Source: a virus
Taxonomy: Duplodnaviria > Caudoviricetes
Reading direction: 5' to 3' (one strand)
IMG/VR virus record: IMGVR_UViG_3300027754_000102
Location: 1-59,584 of that record
Length of the DNA: 59,584 bases
Each line of letters starts with the position of its first letter. The first letter of the stretch is position 1. Made by a program: the position numbers and the translations under genes. Shown one piece after another: positions 34,940 to 44,014 of the stretch. Under the pieces are notes generated by a model, which saw only the letters and a program-made list of their open reading frames with translations, did no database searches and was not told the origin of the DNA.

Positions 34940-35154
34940 TGGACGACGCATGGGCCGAGGCCGAGCAGGCCTACCAACAGGGCAACGACGCCCTACAGGC
35001 CGGAGACCACGCCAAGGCGCAGGTGCTATACACCAAGGCGCAAGCGGCGACCTGGTTCTGGATGGGCCAGACGATGGAAGCAGCCAGGCTAGCATTCCTG
35101 CAATTTGTCGGCGAGGCTCCGCCTTTGCAGACCGATCAACCCAAAGGCAAATAG
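34939..35154 (+). CDS. Small helical hypothetical protein
   Basis: TGATG coupling; TPR-like 'YQQGNDALQAGDHAKA...Y.KA'. Confidence 0.5.
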   Translation: MDDAWAEAEQAYQQGNDALQAGDHAKAQVLYTKAQAATWFWMGQTMEAARLAFLQFVGEAPPLQTDQPKGK

Positions 35155-35166
35155 GAGGGCCGAGCC

Positions 35167-35370
35167 ATGGCTATCGTCAACGAGTGGGAACTGCGCGGCC
35201 ACATCACTGCAGCCCTAGACACCCTGCACGCTGACCTCGAAAGCGACAACCGCGAGGAGCGCATCACCGGCGCCGTCAACCTGCTGGACAACTGTATCCG
35301 GCTGCTGGAGATCATGGTTCAGATCGAGGAGGTTGACCCGCATGAAGAAGACGACGACGACCACGACTGA
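35167..35370 (+). CDS. Small acidic hypothetical protein
   Basis: AGGAGG RBS; in operon. Confidence 0.55.
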   Translation: MAIVNEWELRGHITAALDTLHADLESDNREERITGAVNLLDNCIRLLEIMVQIEEVDPHEEDDDDHD

Positions 35371-36250
35371 GTCGGCCGCCTGGTGGGCGATGGCCCAGAC
35401 TGATACGCACGCCTGGGTGATGGACGTCGACTTCAACGGGGCCAACTGTACTCGCAAAGTTTTGTTGTTGGCAGACATCCACTGGGACAACGCCCACTGC
35501 CGCCTTGACCTGCTGAAGTCCACGCTGGACGAGGCCAAGGCCATCGGGGCGCCTGTTTTTAGTTTTGGCGACCATTTTTGCGCCATGCAGGGCAAGTGGG
35601 ACAAGCGAGCCAGCGCCGACGCCCTGCGTGATGAGCACCGCGGCGGCAACTACCTCGACCTGTTGGTGAACACCTGCGCCGACTGGTTTAAGCCATACGC
35701 CAGCAGCCTGGCGATGATCTCGCCCGGCAACCACGAGACCTCCATCCGGCGCCATCATCAGGTCGACCTGATCCAGCAACTGGTCAGCCACCTACGGCGC
35801 GAGGGTTCGCCCGTCGTGGCCGGGCCCTACTGGGGCTTTGTCGTGCTGAGTTGCAATTTCAACGGCGACAGAAAAAGGTCATCCGAGGCCATTAAACTCC
35901 ACTATCACCATGGCTATGGCGGGGGAGGCCCAATTTCAAGAGGCCTCATTGATCATTCCCGCACCCGCAGCGACTACGACAGCGACGTGCATGTCACCGG
36001 CCACATTCACCGACGCAACGCCGACGAAAACGTCATCACCCGCGTGAGTAACCGCGGCAAGATATTCCAGCAACCGCAGCTATTTTTGCGCTGCTCAACC
36101 TGGAAAGACGAGAGCAAGGACGGCTACCACGTTGAGCAGGGGCGGGCCTCACGACCCATCGGGGGCTGGTGGCTAGAGCTGACAAGTGCCAAGACGCGGG
36201 ATCACCGGAACAGTACCTACCACGTGCGCATGCGAGCGGTTCCCACATGA
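35342..36250 (+). CDS. Calcineurin-like metallophosphoesterase
   Basis: 'ADIHWD', 'FGDHF', 'PGNHE', 'HHGYG', 'GHIH'. Confidence 0.88.
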   Translation: MKKTTTTTTESAAWWAMAQTDTHAWVMDVDFNGANCTRKVLLLADIHWDNAHCRLDLLKSTLDEAKAIGAPVFSFGDHFCAMQGKWDKRASADALRDEHRGGNYLDLLVNTCADWFKPYASSLAMISPGNHETSIRRHHQVDLIQQLVSHLRREGSPVVAGPYWGFVVLSCNFNGDRKRSSEAIKLHYHHGYGGGGPISRGLIDHSRTRSDYDSDVHVTGHIHRRNADENVITRVSNRGKIFQQPQLFLRCSTWKDESKDGYHVEQGRASRPIGGWWLELTSAKTRDHRNSTYHVRMRAVPT

Positions 36251-36269
36251 GGACCAGAGGGCCTAGACA

Positions 36270-36710
36270 ATGCCAACGCCAGCCAAACTAACCCCCGAGC
36301 TAATCAAGCGTATGGGCGACCTATTTCGCCTGGGTATGTCACAAGTACAAACGGCCAAATTTTTCGGCGTCGCCCCGCAGACCCTGCGCAAGTGGCTAAC
36401 CATTGGCCGACGCCAGAAAAAGGGCCTGCACGCTGAACTGGTGGCTACCCTGTGGCACGGTGAAGCCGCCGCGGTTCGGGACTGCCTGGTGAACCTGCAC
36501 CGGGCCCATGTCGACGGTAACAAATGGCAGGCCGCAGCCTGGTACCTCGAACGCAAGCACCCCGAAGAATGGGCCGACCGTGGCCCAGGCATCAAGGAGA
36601 TTGACCGACTCTATGCGAAAATGGTCCGAAATTCCGCCGGAGCGGATGCTGAGGGAGTTGAACCGACGGCGGGCCCGGCTGATCCGGGAGAAAAAGCGGG
36701 CCCCCGCTGA
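36270..36710 (+). CDS. terS: Terminase small subunit, HTH type (module B)
   Basis: 'KLTPEL', HTH 'TAKFFGVAPQTLRKW', 'WQAAAWYLERKHPEEW'; overlaps terL. Confidence 0.8.
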   Translation: MPTPAKLTPELIKRMGDLFRLGMSQVQTAKFFGVAPQTLRKWLTIGRRQKKGLHAELVATLWHGEAAAVRDCLVNLHRAHVDGNKWQAAAWYLERKHPEEWADRGPGIKEIDRLYAKMVRNSAGADAEGVEPTAGPADPGEKAGPR

Positions 36711-38121
36711 CCCGGTTCAATACGCCCAGTCCCTCGGCCTGTACGTCACCCCGCAGCAGCAGGCCATCCTGCGAGCGCTGATTGAGCCACCCTACTGCGT
36801 CATGGTCCGAGCCGCCCACTCGGTCGGCAAAACATGGACGGCCGCCCTAGTGGCGAGCTGGTTCCATGACCGTTACAACCCCGGACTGTGCCTGACCACG
36901 GCGCCCACGCTGGTATCCGTGCGCGACCTGCTGTTCCGGGAGCTGCGCAAGCTCCGCCCGCGCGATCCCAATTGGCTGCCGAAGGACACCCGCCTGCAAT
37001 CGTCCAACGACCACTGGATACACGGCTTCACCGCCAATAAGCCCGACGCATTCCAAGGCCGGCACGCTGACAAAATGATGGTCATCTTCGATGAGGCCTC
37101 CGGCGTCGACGTGCAATTCTGGGAACGGGCCATGACAATGATCAACCCCGGCCGCCCGGGGCACTATTTCTTCGCCATCTACAACCCGTACGACGTGAGC
37201 TGCCCCGCCTATGCCTACGAGCAGTCGGGCCGGTTCACGGTGCTGGAAATGTCAGCTCTAGACCATCCCAACGTGCTGCATGGCGACGAAGTCGTGCCCG
37301 GGGCGATCACCCGGCCTGTGGTAGCCGAACGCATCCGCGACGAGTGCCGGGTGCTGGAGCCCGAGGAACAACGACCCAGCAACGCATTTGAGTTTGCCGA
37401 CACCGTCTGGGTGCCCGAGTCGCCGCTGTTCGAGGTGCAGGTCTTGGGCCGCTGGCCGTCGAGGTCGACCAGTTCCGTATGGTCCGACCTAGCCCTGACC
37501 CGCGTGCAGGAGACCGTCGAAGTCGATCCCAAGTGGCTAACCCAAATCGGCTGCGACCCTGCCCGGTTCGGTGATGACCGCACCGCCATCTGCGTCCGCA
37601 AGGGCCGGGCCATCGTTCACCTGGAGAGTCACCGCGGCTGGCCGCTACAGCAGACGGCAACCCGACTGAAGGAGCTGGCTCAAGAATGGCACGCACCAGG
37701 GCAGAAGGCGACCGAGGTCCCCGTGCTGATCGACGCCGCCGGACTGGGTGCCGGACTGGTGGAGATGGCTGGCACCGGGCCGTTCCGGCATCTATTCGTC
37801 GAAATAAACAGCGCCTTGCGGTCGAGGTGGGAGACCGAATGGCCGAACCTGCGCAGCGAGTTGTGGTTCAGCAGCGCCGCCTTGGCGGAGGATGGCCAGA
37901 TCACCATGGCCCCACTGCCCGACGACCTACGCCAGCAATTGATGGCCGAGCTGCGGCAGCCCGTGTTTACGCTCGACGCCATCCAGCGCCGCGTCGTTGA
38001 GGCCAAGCAATCGACCAAACGCCGCCTCCGGGCCTCGCCTGACCTGGCCGATGCCTTTAACTTGGCGTGCATGCTACGTGGCGCCGGCGGCTGGGTGGAG
38101 CGCGTGGACGGTCGAATCTGA
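36613..38121 (+). CDS. terL: Terminase large subunit (module B), different family from module A
   Basis: Walker A 'VRAAHSVGKT', 'FQGRH', Walker B 'VIFDEASGV', 'GCDPARFGDD', 'SPDLADA'. Start approximate. Confidence 0.93.
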   Translation: MRKWSEIPPERMLRELNRRRARLIREKKRAPADPVQYAQSLGLYVTPQQQAILRALIEPPYCVMVRAAHSVGKTWTAALVASWFHDRYNPGLCLTTAPTLVSVRDLLFRELRKLRPRDPNWLPKDTRLQSSNDHWIHGFTANKPDAFQGRHADKMMVIFDEASGVDVQFWERAMTMINPGRPGHYFFAIYNPYDVSCPAYAYEQSGRFTVLEMSALDHPNVLHGDEVVPGAITRPVVAERIRDECRVLEPEEQRPSNAFEFADTVWVPESPLFEVQVLGRWPSRSTSSVWSDLALTRVQETVEVDPKWLTQIGCDPARFGDDRTAICVRKGRAIVHLESHRGWPLQQTATRLKELAQEWHAPGQKATEVPVLIDAAGLGAGLVEMAGTGPFRHLFVEINSALRSRWETEWPNLRSELWFSSAALAEDGQITMAPLPDDLRQQLMAELRQPVFTLDAIQRRVVEAKQSTKRRLRASPDLADAFNLACMLRGAGGWVERVDGRI

Positions 38122-38166
38122 CAAGCTGGGCAACCTTGGAACCAAAACCATAAAAATCTAGGTAAA

Positions 38167-38175
38167 GTCATTTAC
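38167..38175 (+). promoter_or_regulatory. Module B GTCATTTAC motif, 5 nt before portal ATG
   Basis: GTCATTTAC-AGAGT-ATG; no Shine-Dalgarno sequence. Confidence 0.65.
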
Positions 38176-38180
38176 AGAGT

Positions 38181-39812
38181 ATGAGCACCCCAAGCTGGTG
38201 GCAGCGCATTTTTGGCAGCCAGACCGACACCCGTAGGCGGGTGCAACGCGTCCGCGAATCGACCAGGCTAACCGAGGCGAGCGAGCTTTTCGCCAGCATC
38301 CCAAACTATCCGTACCTCGACGGCCGGGACCTGTACAGCGAGATGGGCCCCTACGGGTTCATGGACGGCGGCCCCACGGCCAGCCTGACCCGCCGCGACA
38401 ACCGGATGACCGGCGAGATCCTGCCCGCCGCAATCACCTGGTGGCAGCTCAAGATCATCCGTGACCGGGCCCGCCAGATCGCTCGCGGCAACGAGTACAG
38501 CATCGCCGCCATCAACGCCTGCCGGTCGTACGTGGTCGGCACCGGGTTCAAATATTCAGTCGTGGCCAAGAAGCGCCACCAGGTGGCCGAGGACTTACTC
38601 GACCGGGCGCAGGACGTCCTTGACCTCTGGGCCGAGCACAACAACATGCCCGAGATCGAGGCCGAAATCGTCTACCGCATGCACGCCGAAGGCGAGGCGT
38701 TCATCCGCACCTTCCGTGGCGAGGACGGTATGCTGCGTCTGCGGTTCATTGAGCCCGAGCTGGTCCGCCCGCCCGCCGATGACACGACCCCGCAATCGTC
38801 ATTTGGTATACAGTGCAGCGACGAGGACATTCACGAGCGCACCGGCTACTGGGTGGTGGAACGCCCCTGGATCGACCCGACGCCCACCCTAGTGCCCGCT
38901 GACGAAATCCTGCACCTTCGTAACAACGTCGAGAGCAATTCCAAGCGGGGCCTGCCGACTATTTGGGCCGTCGAGAGCAACCTGCGGGCCGCCGAAGACA
39001 TCCTGCAGTCCATGGTCAGTTTGGCCAAGGCCCGGGCCAAGGTTGCAATCATCCGCCGCGTATCCGACACCCCGCCAGAAGCTATCCAGGAATTGACCCG
39101 CACGTCCACCGACTACGCCGTCACCGACCCGACCACCAGCCAGACGACGAACATCAGCCGCCTGGGCTACGGCACCATTTTGACCGCATCGGACAACGTC
39201 AGCTACGAGTTTCCCGGAGCCAACCTGGGCAGCTCCGACATGGTGGAAACTCTACGGGCCAACCTACGGGCCATCGCCGCCCGCTTCGGACTGTCCGAGG
39301 CCATGCTGTCGGCAGACCCGAGCAGCGCCAACTATGCCAGCGCCCTGGTCGCAGAGGCGCCAGCGACCAAGCAGCTCGAACACTTTCAGCATTTGCTGTC
39401 TGGTGCCCTCGGTACCCGCCGCACCAAACCCAGCCGGTCGTTGGCGTGGCAACAGCTCAGCTTGGCCGTTGACGTCGGCCTGTTGCCGCGTGAGGTCCTG
39501 AAACAGATCGACGTGCAATGCGACGTGCCCACGGTGGCAAGCCGCGACAAGGCGGCCGAGGCCAGCCAGCACCAAACCTACGTGCAGATGGGCGTGATGA
39601 GCAAAGCCCAAGTCAGGGCCGCCATCGGCCTGGACGAATCCGCGACCAACGAACAGATCGAGCGGGAGCGGCAACACGACGCCGAGACCGCCGCCAAATA
39701 CGGGCCAGCCAATCCGCCCCAACCGGGGCAGGCCGACCCGGGGCAACCGGAACCGCCGAATGGCGCCCCACCTAGTGGCATCCCGACGCCGCCGCAACCA
39801 GATCGGCCCTAA
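38181..39812 (+). CDS. Portal protein, lambda-like (module B)
   Basis: 'IRDRARQIARGN', 'YVVGTG', 'EGEAFIR', 'VPADEILH', 'RGLP', 'DPSSANYAS'. Confidence 0.9.
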   Translation: MSTPSWWQRIFGSQTDTRRRVQRVRESTRLTEASELFASIPNYPYLDGRDLYSEMGPYGFMDGGPTASLTRRDNRMTGEILPAAITWWQLKIIRDRARQIARGNEYSIAAINACRSYVVGTGFKYSVVAKKRHQVAEDLLDRAQDVLDLWAEHNNMPEIEAEIVYRMHAEGEAFIRTFRGEDGMLRLRFIEPELVRPPADDTTPQSSFGIQCSDEDIHERTGYWVVERPWIDPTPTLVPADEILHLRNNVESNSKRGLPTIWAVESNLRAAEDILQSMVSLAKARAKVAIIRRVSDTPPEAIQELTRTSTDYAVTDPTTSQTTNISRLGYGTILTASDNVSYEFPGANLGSSDMVETLRANLRAIAARFGLSEAMLSADPSSANYASALVAEAPATKQLEHFQHLLSGALGTRRTKPSRSLAWQQLSLAVDVGLLPREVLKQIDVQCDVPTVASRDKAAEASQHQTYVQMGVMSKAQVRAAIGLDESATNEQIERERQHDAETAAKYGPANPPQPGQADPGQPEPPNGAPPSGIPTPPQPDRP

Positions 39813-39825
39813 ACGGGTCGCGTCT

Positions 39826-40335
39826 GTGACAGATGAACAGATCCTGGCCCACCGCCCGCTGATCAGGCGGATGGCGCATTACTACCGCAAAAAAGCACCT
39901 TATCGCATCGACCTAGACGACCTGATTCAGGTCGGGTGGTGCGGTTTTTTGGCGGGCATGCAACGGTACGACCCGACCCGCGGCGTCACCCTGGGAGCGT
40001 TTTGTACCCTGTGGGTGCGGGGTGCCCTGCACAGGTCCATTTTCAAGCAGCGCAGCCTGTGGGAGGCGACAGTCAGCCACCTGAAACTAGCCAGGCATTC
40101 CAACAGCGACGAGGTCGACAACGACCCCGCCGCCGCGCCCGAGTCGGACAGCCTACGCCTGGTGGTCGACGACCTGCTGGGCATGCTGCCCGACCGCGAG
40201 CAGATGATCGTCGCCGCCATCCACCGAGACGGCCAGCAGCCCGGGAAGGTGGCCCGCGACTGGGGCATGCTGCTGGCCGACGTGATCAGAATTAGCGACG
40301 AGTCACTGGCGTGGCTGCGCATCGTCGGTGAGTGA
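39826..40335 (+). CDS. Second sigma70-like factor (FliA/SigB-like), inside the head operon
   Basis: 'HRPLIRRMA', 'DLDDLIQVGWCG', 'RYDPTRGVTLGAF..LWVRGAL', 'LPDREQMIV'. Confidence 0.85.
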   Translation: MTDEQILAHRPLIRRMAHYYRKKAPYRIDLDDLIQVGWCGFLAGMQRYDPTRGVTLGAFCTLWVRGALHRSIFKQRSLWEATVSHLKLARHSNSDEVDNDPAAAPESDSLRLVVDDLLGMLPDREQMIVAAIHRDGQQPGKVARDWGMLLADVIRISDESLAWLRIVGE

Positions 40336-40515
40336 TCACCCGGCGGCCGGCCGGCCTGGCCTGCGGTCACTGACCAACGCCAAATCCTTTGGGTCGATGA
40401 CGTGGGCCCGGCCAATCCGTTGGCTAGGCAGTTTGCCGGCCTTGATCAACGCAACAACCCGGCGGGCAGATATGCCCAACCGGGTAGCGGCTTCACTGGT
40501 GCTAATTAGGTTCAA
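40336..40515 (-). CDS. 59-aa excisionase-like HTH protein (not in ORF track)
   Basis: TTG start; MNLISTSEAATRLGISARRVVALIKAGKLPSQRIGRAHVIDPKDL...RPGRP. Confidence 0.8.
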   Translation of the reverse strand: MNLISTSEAATRLGISARRVVALIKAGKLPSQRIGRAHVIDPKDLALVSDRRPGRPAAG

Positions 40516-40718
40516 GCGGTCACCAGTGCGTAGGTAACCAGGCTAGGGTCCTCGTCGCACGCGTCTATGGCGTGGCTGAGTGTGACATCATCCACGCCGT
40601 CACCGTCTACCTCGTTATTTGCGATGCACAGCCCACGGACAGGCTCGTCCATGCTAGGTCGCAGTGTATTGCGGACGTACTCAATAGCGGCTTTACCGGT
40701 CAGTTTTGTGGCGTTCAT
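40512..40718 (-). CDS. Small hypothetical protein, antisense mini-operon
   Basis: AGGA RBS; coupled to the HTH gene; downstream of a strong promoter. Confidence 0.65.
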   Translation of the reverse strand: MNATKLTGKAAIEYVRNTLRPSMDEPVRGLCIANNEVDGDGVDDVTLSHAIDACDEDPSLVTYALVTA

Positions 40719-40769
40719 GGTCTTTTTCCTAAATCTTGGTGTGCGTCAGTTTTCTTACCTGACACACTC

Positions 40770-40798
40770 ATACTATACCGCTATCGGAATAGAATCAA
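40770..40798 (-). promoter_or_regulatory. Sigma70-type promoter of the antisense mini-operon
   Basis: Minus strand TTGATT-N17-TAGTAT, with an upstream A-tract (UP-like). Confidence 0.7.
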
Positions 40799-40827
40799 GC
40801 CCTTCTCCACATTTTTTTTTTGCCCAT

Positions 40828-40836
40828 GTCATTTAC
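40828..40836 (+). promoter_or_regulatory. Module B GTCATTTAC motif, 5 nt before protease/scaffold ATG
   Basis: GTCATTTAC-TGACT-ATG; same spacing as at the portal. Confidence 0.65.
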
Positions 40837-40841
40837 TGACT

Positions 40842-42068
40842 ATGAGCCTCGAAACCGTGAACCTCCGCGAAGACACCTTCACCCCGCTGGCAGCCAAAGC
40901 CAGCGCCGCGGGCCCGGTTGTCAAGAACGTCAAGGTCCTCGGCATGAAGAGCCGCAACGGGCGCGAGTACCCGCTGGCCGTGATGCAACGGGCCTGCGGT
41001 CTGTACGAAGGTAAACCGGTCAACCTGGACCATCCAAAGCCGCATCAGGAAATGCGCGAGTTCACCGAACGATTCGGGCGCCTGAAAAACGTGCGCATGG
41101 GCAACGACGGCCTGTACGCCGATATGAGTTACAACCCCGCCCACCCATTGGCCAAAGCATTCGACTGGTGGGTGCGAAACGACCCAAACGCCGTCGGCCT
41201 CAGCCACAACGCCACCGCCCGCATCCAGCGCAACCGCGAGGGCAAGGACGAGGTCACCGAAATCATCGAGGTCGAATCGGTCGACCTCGTGGCCGACCCG
41301 GCAACCACCAAAGGCCTGCTGGAAAGTCTTCAGAACGTAACCGAGAGGAATTGCGACATGTACGAGAATGAAAAAGGCAACAAGAAGGTCGACGGCAAGA
41401 TGGTCCTTGAAGAAGGACCCGACGGCATGGCCGACATGCTGGGCGACGGTGGCGACGGTGGCGACAAGGCCAGCGCCCCCGCGGGTGACGACTGGTCACA
41501 ACACCTGGGCAAGATGATCCTCGGCATCCTGGGCGACAAGTCAATGGACCACGGCGCCAAGAAAAACAAAATTATGCAGGCCTTGAAGCTGGTCGAGGAC
41601 GAGCCCACCGAGGAGTCCACGCCCGAGGCCGACGGCGACTACGACAGCGACGACGAAAGTGCTATGGGCGACAATATGGGTGCAGCCGATGAGCCCGAGG
41701 AAGATGGCGAGGAAGCCCCCGCGGACGATGACCAGGCAATGGCCAAGAAGGCCGAGGAAGCGCTGAGGCGCACCGGCGACAAGCACTACCTCGCCCTGCT
41801 CCGCCAGCTCGACACCTACCGCGTCGCAGAAGGCCGCCGCAAGACGTTCGCCGAAGCCAAATCGTCCTGCGAGAAGGCCGGCCTGCCCACCTACGCCGTC
41901 ACCGAGACCTTCCTTAGCACTCTGGCCCACGCCCCCCGCGGTGAATGGGAGCGAGTGCTCGAAGACCGGCGCCGCGTTTCAACGAAGTTTTCCAAACCCA
42001 AGAGCGCCCCGGCCAACGTGGCCGACGGTCTCGATGCCCTGCGTAAAGCCCTGCGAGAGGAGATTTAA
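40842..42068 (+). CDS. Prohead protease-scaffold fusion (module B)
   Basis: 'SRNGREYP', 'VNLDHP', 'VGLSHNA', 'SVDLVADPATT', then an acidic/helical scaffold region. Confidence 0.85.
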   Translation: MSLETVNLREDTFTPLAAKASAAGPVVKNVKVLGMKSRNGREYPLAVMQRACGLYEGKPVNLDHPKPHQEMREFTERFGRLKNVRMGNDGLYADMSYNPAHPLAKAFDWWVRNDPNAVGLSHNATARIQRNREGKDEVTEIIEVESVDLVADPATTKGLLESLQNVTERNCDMYENEKGNKKVDGKMVLEEGPDGMADMLGDGGDGGDKASAPAGDDWSQHLGKMILGILGDKSMDHGAKKNKIMQALKLVEDEPTEESTPEADGDYDSDDESAMGDNMGAADEPEEDGEEAPADDDQAMAKKAEEALRRTGDKHYLALLRQLDTYRVAEGRRKTFAEAKSSCEKAGLPTYAVTETFLSTLAHAPRGEWERVLEDRRRVSTKFSKPKSAPANVADGLDALRKALREEI

Positions 42069-42070
42069 CC

Positions 42071-42550
42071 ATGCCCGCCCAGTATCTGTACGGTGAAACA
42101 AACCCCATCGACTGCCCGATTGCGACAGGTCAAGCCGTCGACATCGGCGACCTAGTCGGCATCAGCTCAGGCACTCTGGTCCGCGCCAGCGACACGACTT
42201 GGGACACAAACCTAGCGACCACTCAAGTGGCGTTCCGTGCGCTGTTCCTAGGTGTATCTGGCCAATTTAAAGACAGTTCCACGGCGCAAATTCGCGGCAA
42301 CTCGATTGCCAACCGCTGCCGCGTCGACAGCGACGGGTTTTATCAGTTTGCCACCGCCAGCGCCAGCTACAACATCGGCGACTTGGTCGGCCCCGCAAAG
42401 GCCTCCGGCAACGCCCTACTGAACGACACCGTCGCCTCGGTGGCCGCCCTCGACAAGGCCATTGGCTACGTCGTTGAAAAAACCACCAGCGCGACCACCG
42501 TTAAGGTCCGTCTGCTATCCGTAAAAGCCCCTAACGCCGCAAGCGCCTAA
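42071..42550 (+). CDS. Head decoration/cement protein
   Basis: Between scaffold and capsid; 'AVDIGDLV', 'FLGVS', 'AIGYVVE...TTVKVRL'. Confidence 0.7.
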   Translation: MPAQYLYGETNPIDCPIATGQAVDIGDLVGISSGTLVRASDTTWDTNLATTQVAFRALFLGVSGQFKDSSTAQIRGNSIANRCRVDSDGFYQFATASASYNIGDLVGPAKASGNALLNDTVASVAALDKAIGYVVEKTTSATTVKVRLLSVKAPNAASA

Positions 42551-42568
42551 CCCAATACTGAGGAGACT

Positions 42569-43759
42569 GTGAACATGTCAGCGATCTACCGCAAGCTGCG
42601 CGAAAGCGCCAAGACGAACGGGGTGGCGACCACCTCCAGGGCCCTGATCGAAGAAGTGAACGGCGGCGCCGTCAACCCGGCCCGACTGTCGATTCGCCGG
42701 CTAGCCGAGGCCTTCATGGGCGAAGGCTGGGCCGAGCATCTTGACAGGTACAACCGCACAGGCCAAGTGCTTGAAAGCACCGAGGCTGTCGACCCATCGG
42801 CCTTCGCCGCAATTACCGGCCAGCTGCTGGTGAACGAGGTCCGCGAGAAGTACAAGCTGGCCTCCATGGTCGCCGATTCCCTCTGCACCACCATTGCCGT
42901 GACAAACGGCAACCTTGGGCCACAACGGGTGCCCTACCTGTCCGACGTGACCAACGACTCGGACATCGTCGAACCAGGCATGCCCTACTCGCAGACCCGG
43001 TTTTCTGGTCAGTACATTGACCACCCAGCCGTGGTCAAAAAGGGCAAAATCGTCGCGGTGACCGCCGAGGCGATCTACTCTGACCTGACCAGCCAGATCA
43101 TCGACTCGGCCCGCTCCGTCGGTACCCGCGTCGCTCTGGGCCGCGAGGAGGACATCCTCAAGGTCGTGTTGGGTATCAACAACCCACACAGCTGGAACGG
43201 CACCAGCTACAGTACCTACCTGTCTAGCGGCTCAAACTGGATCAACACCGTGACCGGTTTTAGCCTGACGGACTGGACAGGGCTAAACACCCTGGAGCAA
43301 TTGTTTGTCAAGATGCGGGACCCGGTCACCGGGAAACCCATCCAGATTGAGCCCAAACAGGTCTTCGTGATGCCCGCGCAGAAATACAACCTGCGCAGAA
43401 TCATCAACGCCACTGAGATCCAGAGCGGCAACTACGCCACTACTGGCAACCCATCTCGTACGACCGGCGCCAACCCGCTGGATCAAAACTACGAGATCCT
43501 AACCAGCGCCCACGGGTTCAACCTGCTGACCGACGCCGCCATCGGCAACGTCAGCGAGGCCAACGCCAACGCCCGGGTTTACCTTGGCGACTTTAAGCGT
43601 GCGTTTGTCTGGCGTGAGGCCAAGCCGTTGAGCGTGATCGAGGCGCCACCGCAGAACGCCGCGGAGTTTAACAACGACATCGTGCTGAGTGTGAAGGCGT
43701 CCCTGTGGGGCGTCGCCGGCGTGGCCGAGCCCCGCGCTGTCGCCCTCGGCAAGGAGTAA
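42569..43759 (+). CDS. Major capsid protein (module B; Mu gpT-like HK97 fold)
   Basis: 'KKGKIVAVTAEAIYSDLTSQI', 'YLGDFKRAF'; size and position; GAGGAG RBS. Confidence 0.88.
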   Translation: MNMSAIYRKLRESAKTNGVATTSRALIEEVNGGAVNPARLSIRRLAEAFMGEGWAEHLDRYNRTGQVLESTEAVDPSAFAAITGQLLVNEVREKYKLASMVADSLCTTIAVTNGNLGPQRVPYLSDVTNDSDIVEPGMPYSQTRFSGQYIDHPAVVKKGKIVAVTAEAIYSDLTSQIIDSARSVGTRVALGREEDILKVVLGINNPHSWNGTSYSTYLSSGSNWINTVTGFSLTDWTGLNTLEQLFVKMRDPVTGKPIQIEPKQVFVMPAQKYNLRRIINATEIQSGNYATTGNPSRTTGANPLDQNYEILTSAHGFNLLTDAAIGNVSEANANARVYLGDFKRAFVWREAKPLSVIEAPPQNAAEFNNDIVLSVKASLWGVAGVAEPRAVALGKE

Positions 43760-43762
43760 TCC

Positions 43763-44008
43763 ATGGCCAAGAAGCGCCCGCAGGCAGAACCTGCAGCGCA
43801 GCCGGCCCAGGAACAGGTGCAGCAGCCGGCCCAACAGCCGGCTGTTGGCCCATCCGGCCCTGCTGTTTGCCGCTGGTCGGTCCAACTGCCCGGAGCGGCC
43901 GCACTGGCCGTCGAGGCAACCGACGCAGCCGCCGCCATTGCCCTGCACGACCAGGTCAACGGCGTGATCAGCACCACCCATGCGCACATCGTCACCCACC
44001 TGGAATAG
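43763..44008 (+). CDS. Small post-capsid hypothetical protein
   Basis: AAGGAG RBS; QPAQ repeats. Confidence 0.6.
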   Translation: MAKKRPQAEPAAQPAQEQVQQPAQQPAVGPSGPAVCRWSVQLPGAAALAVEATDAAAAIALHDQVNGVISTTHAHIVTHLE

Positions 44009-44014
44009 TCACCC

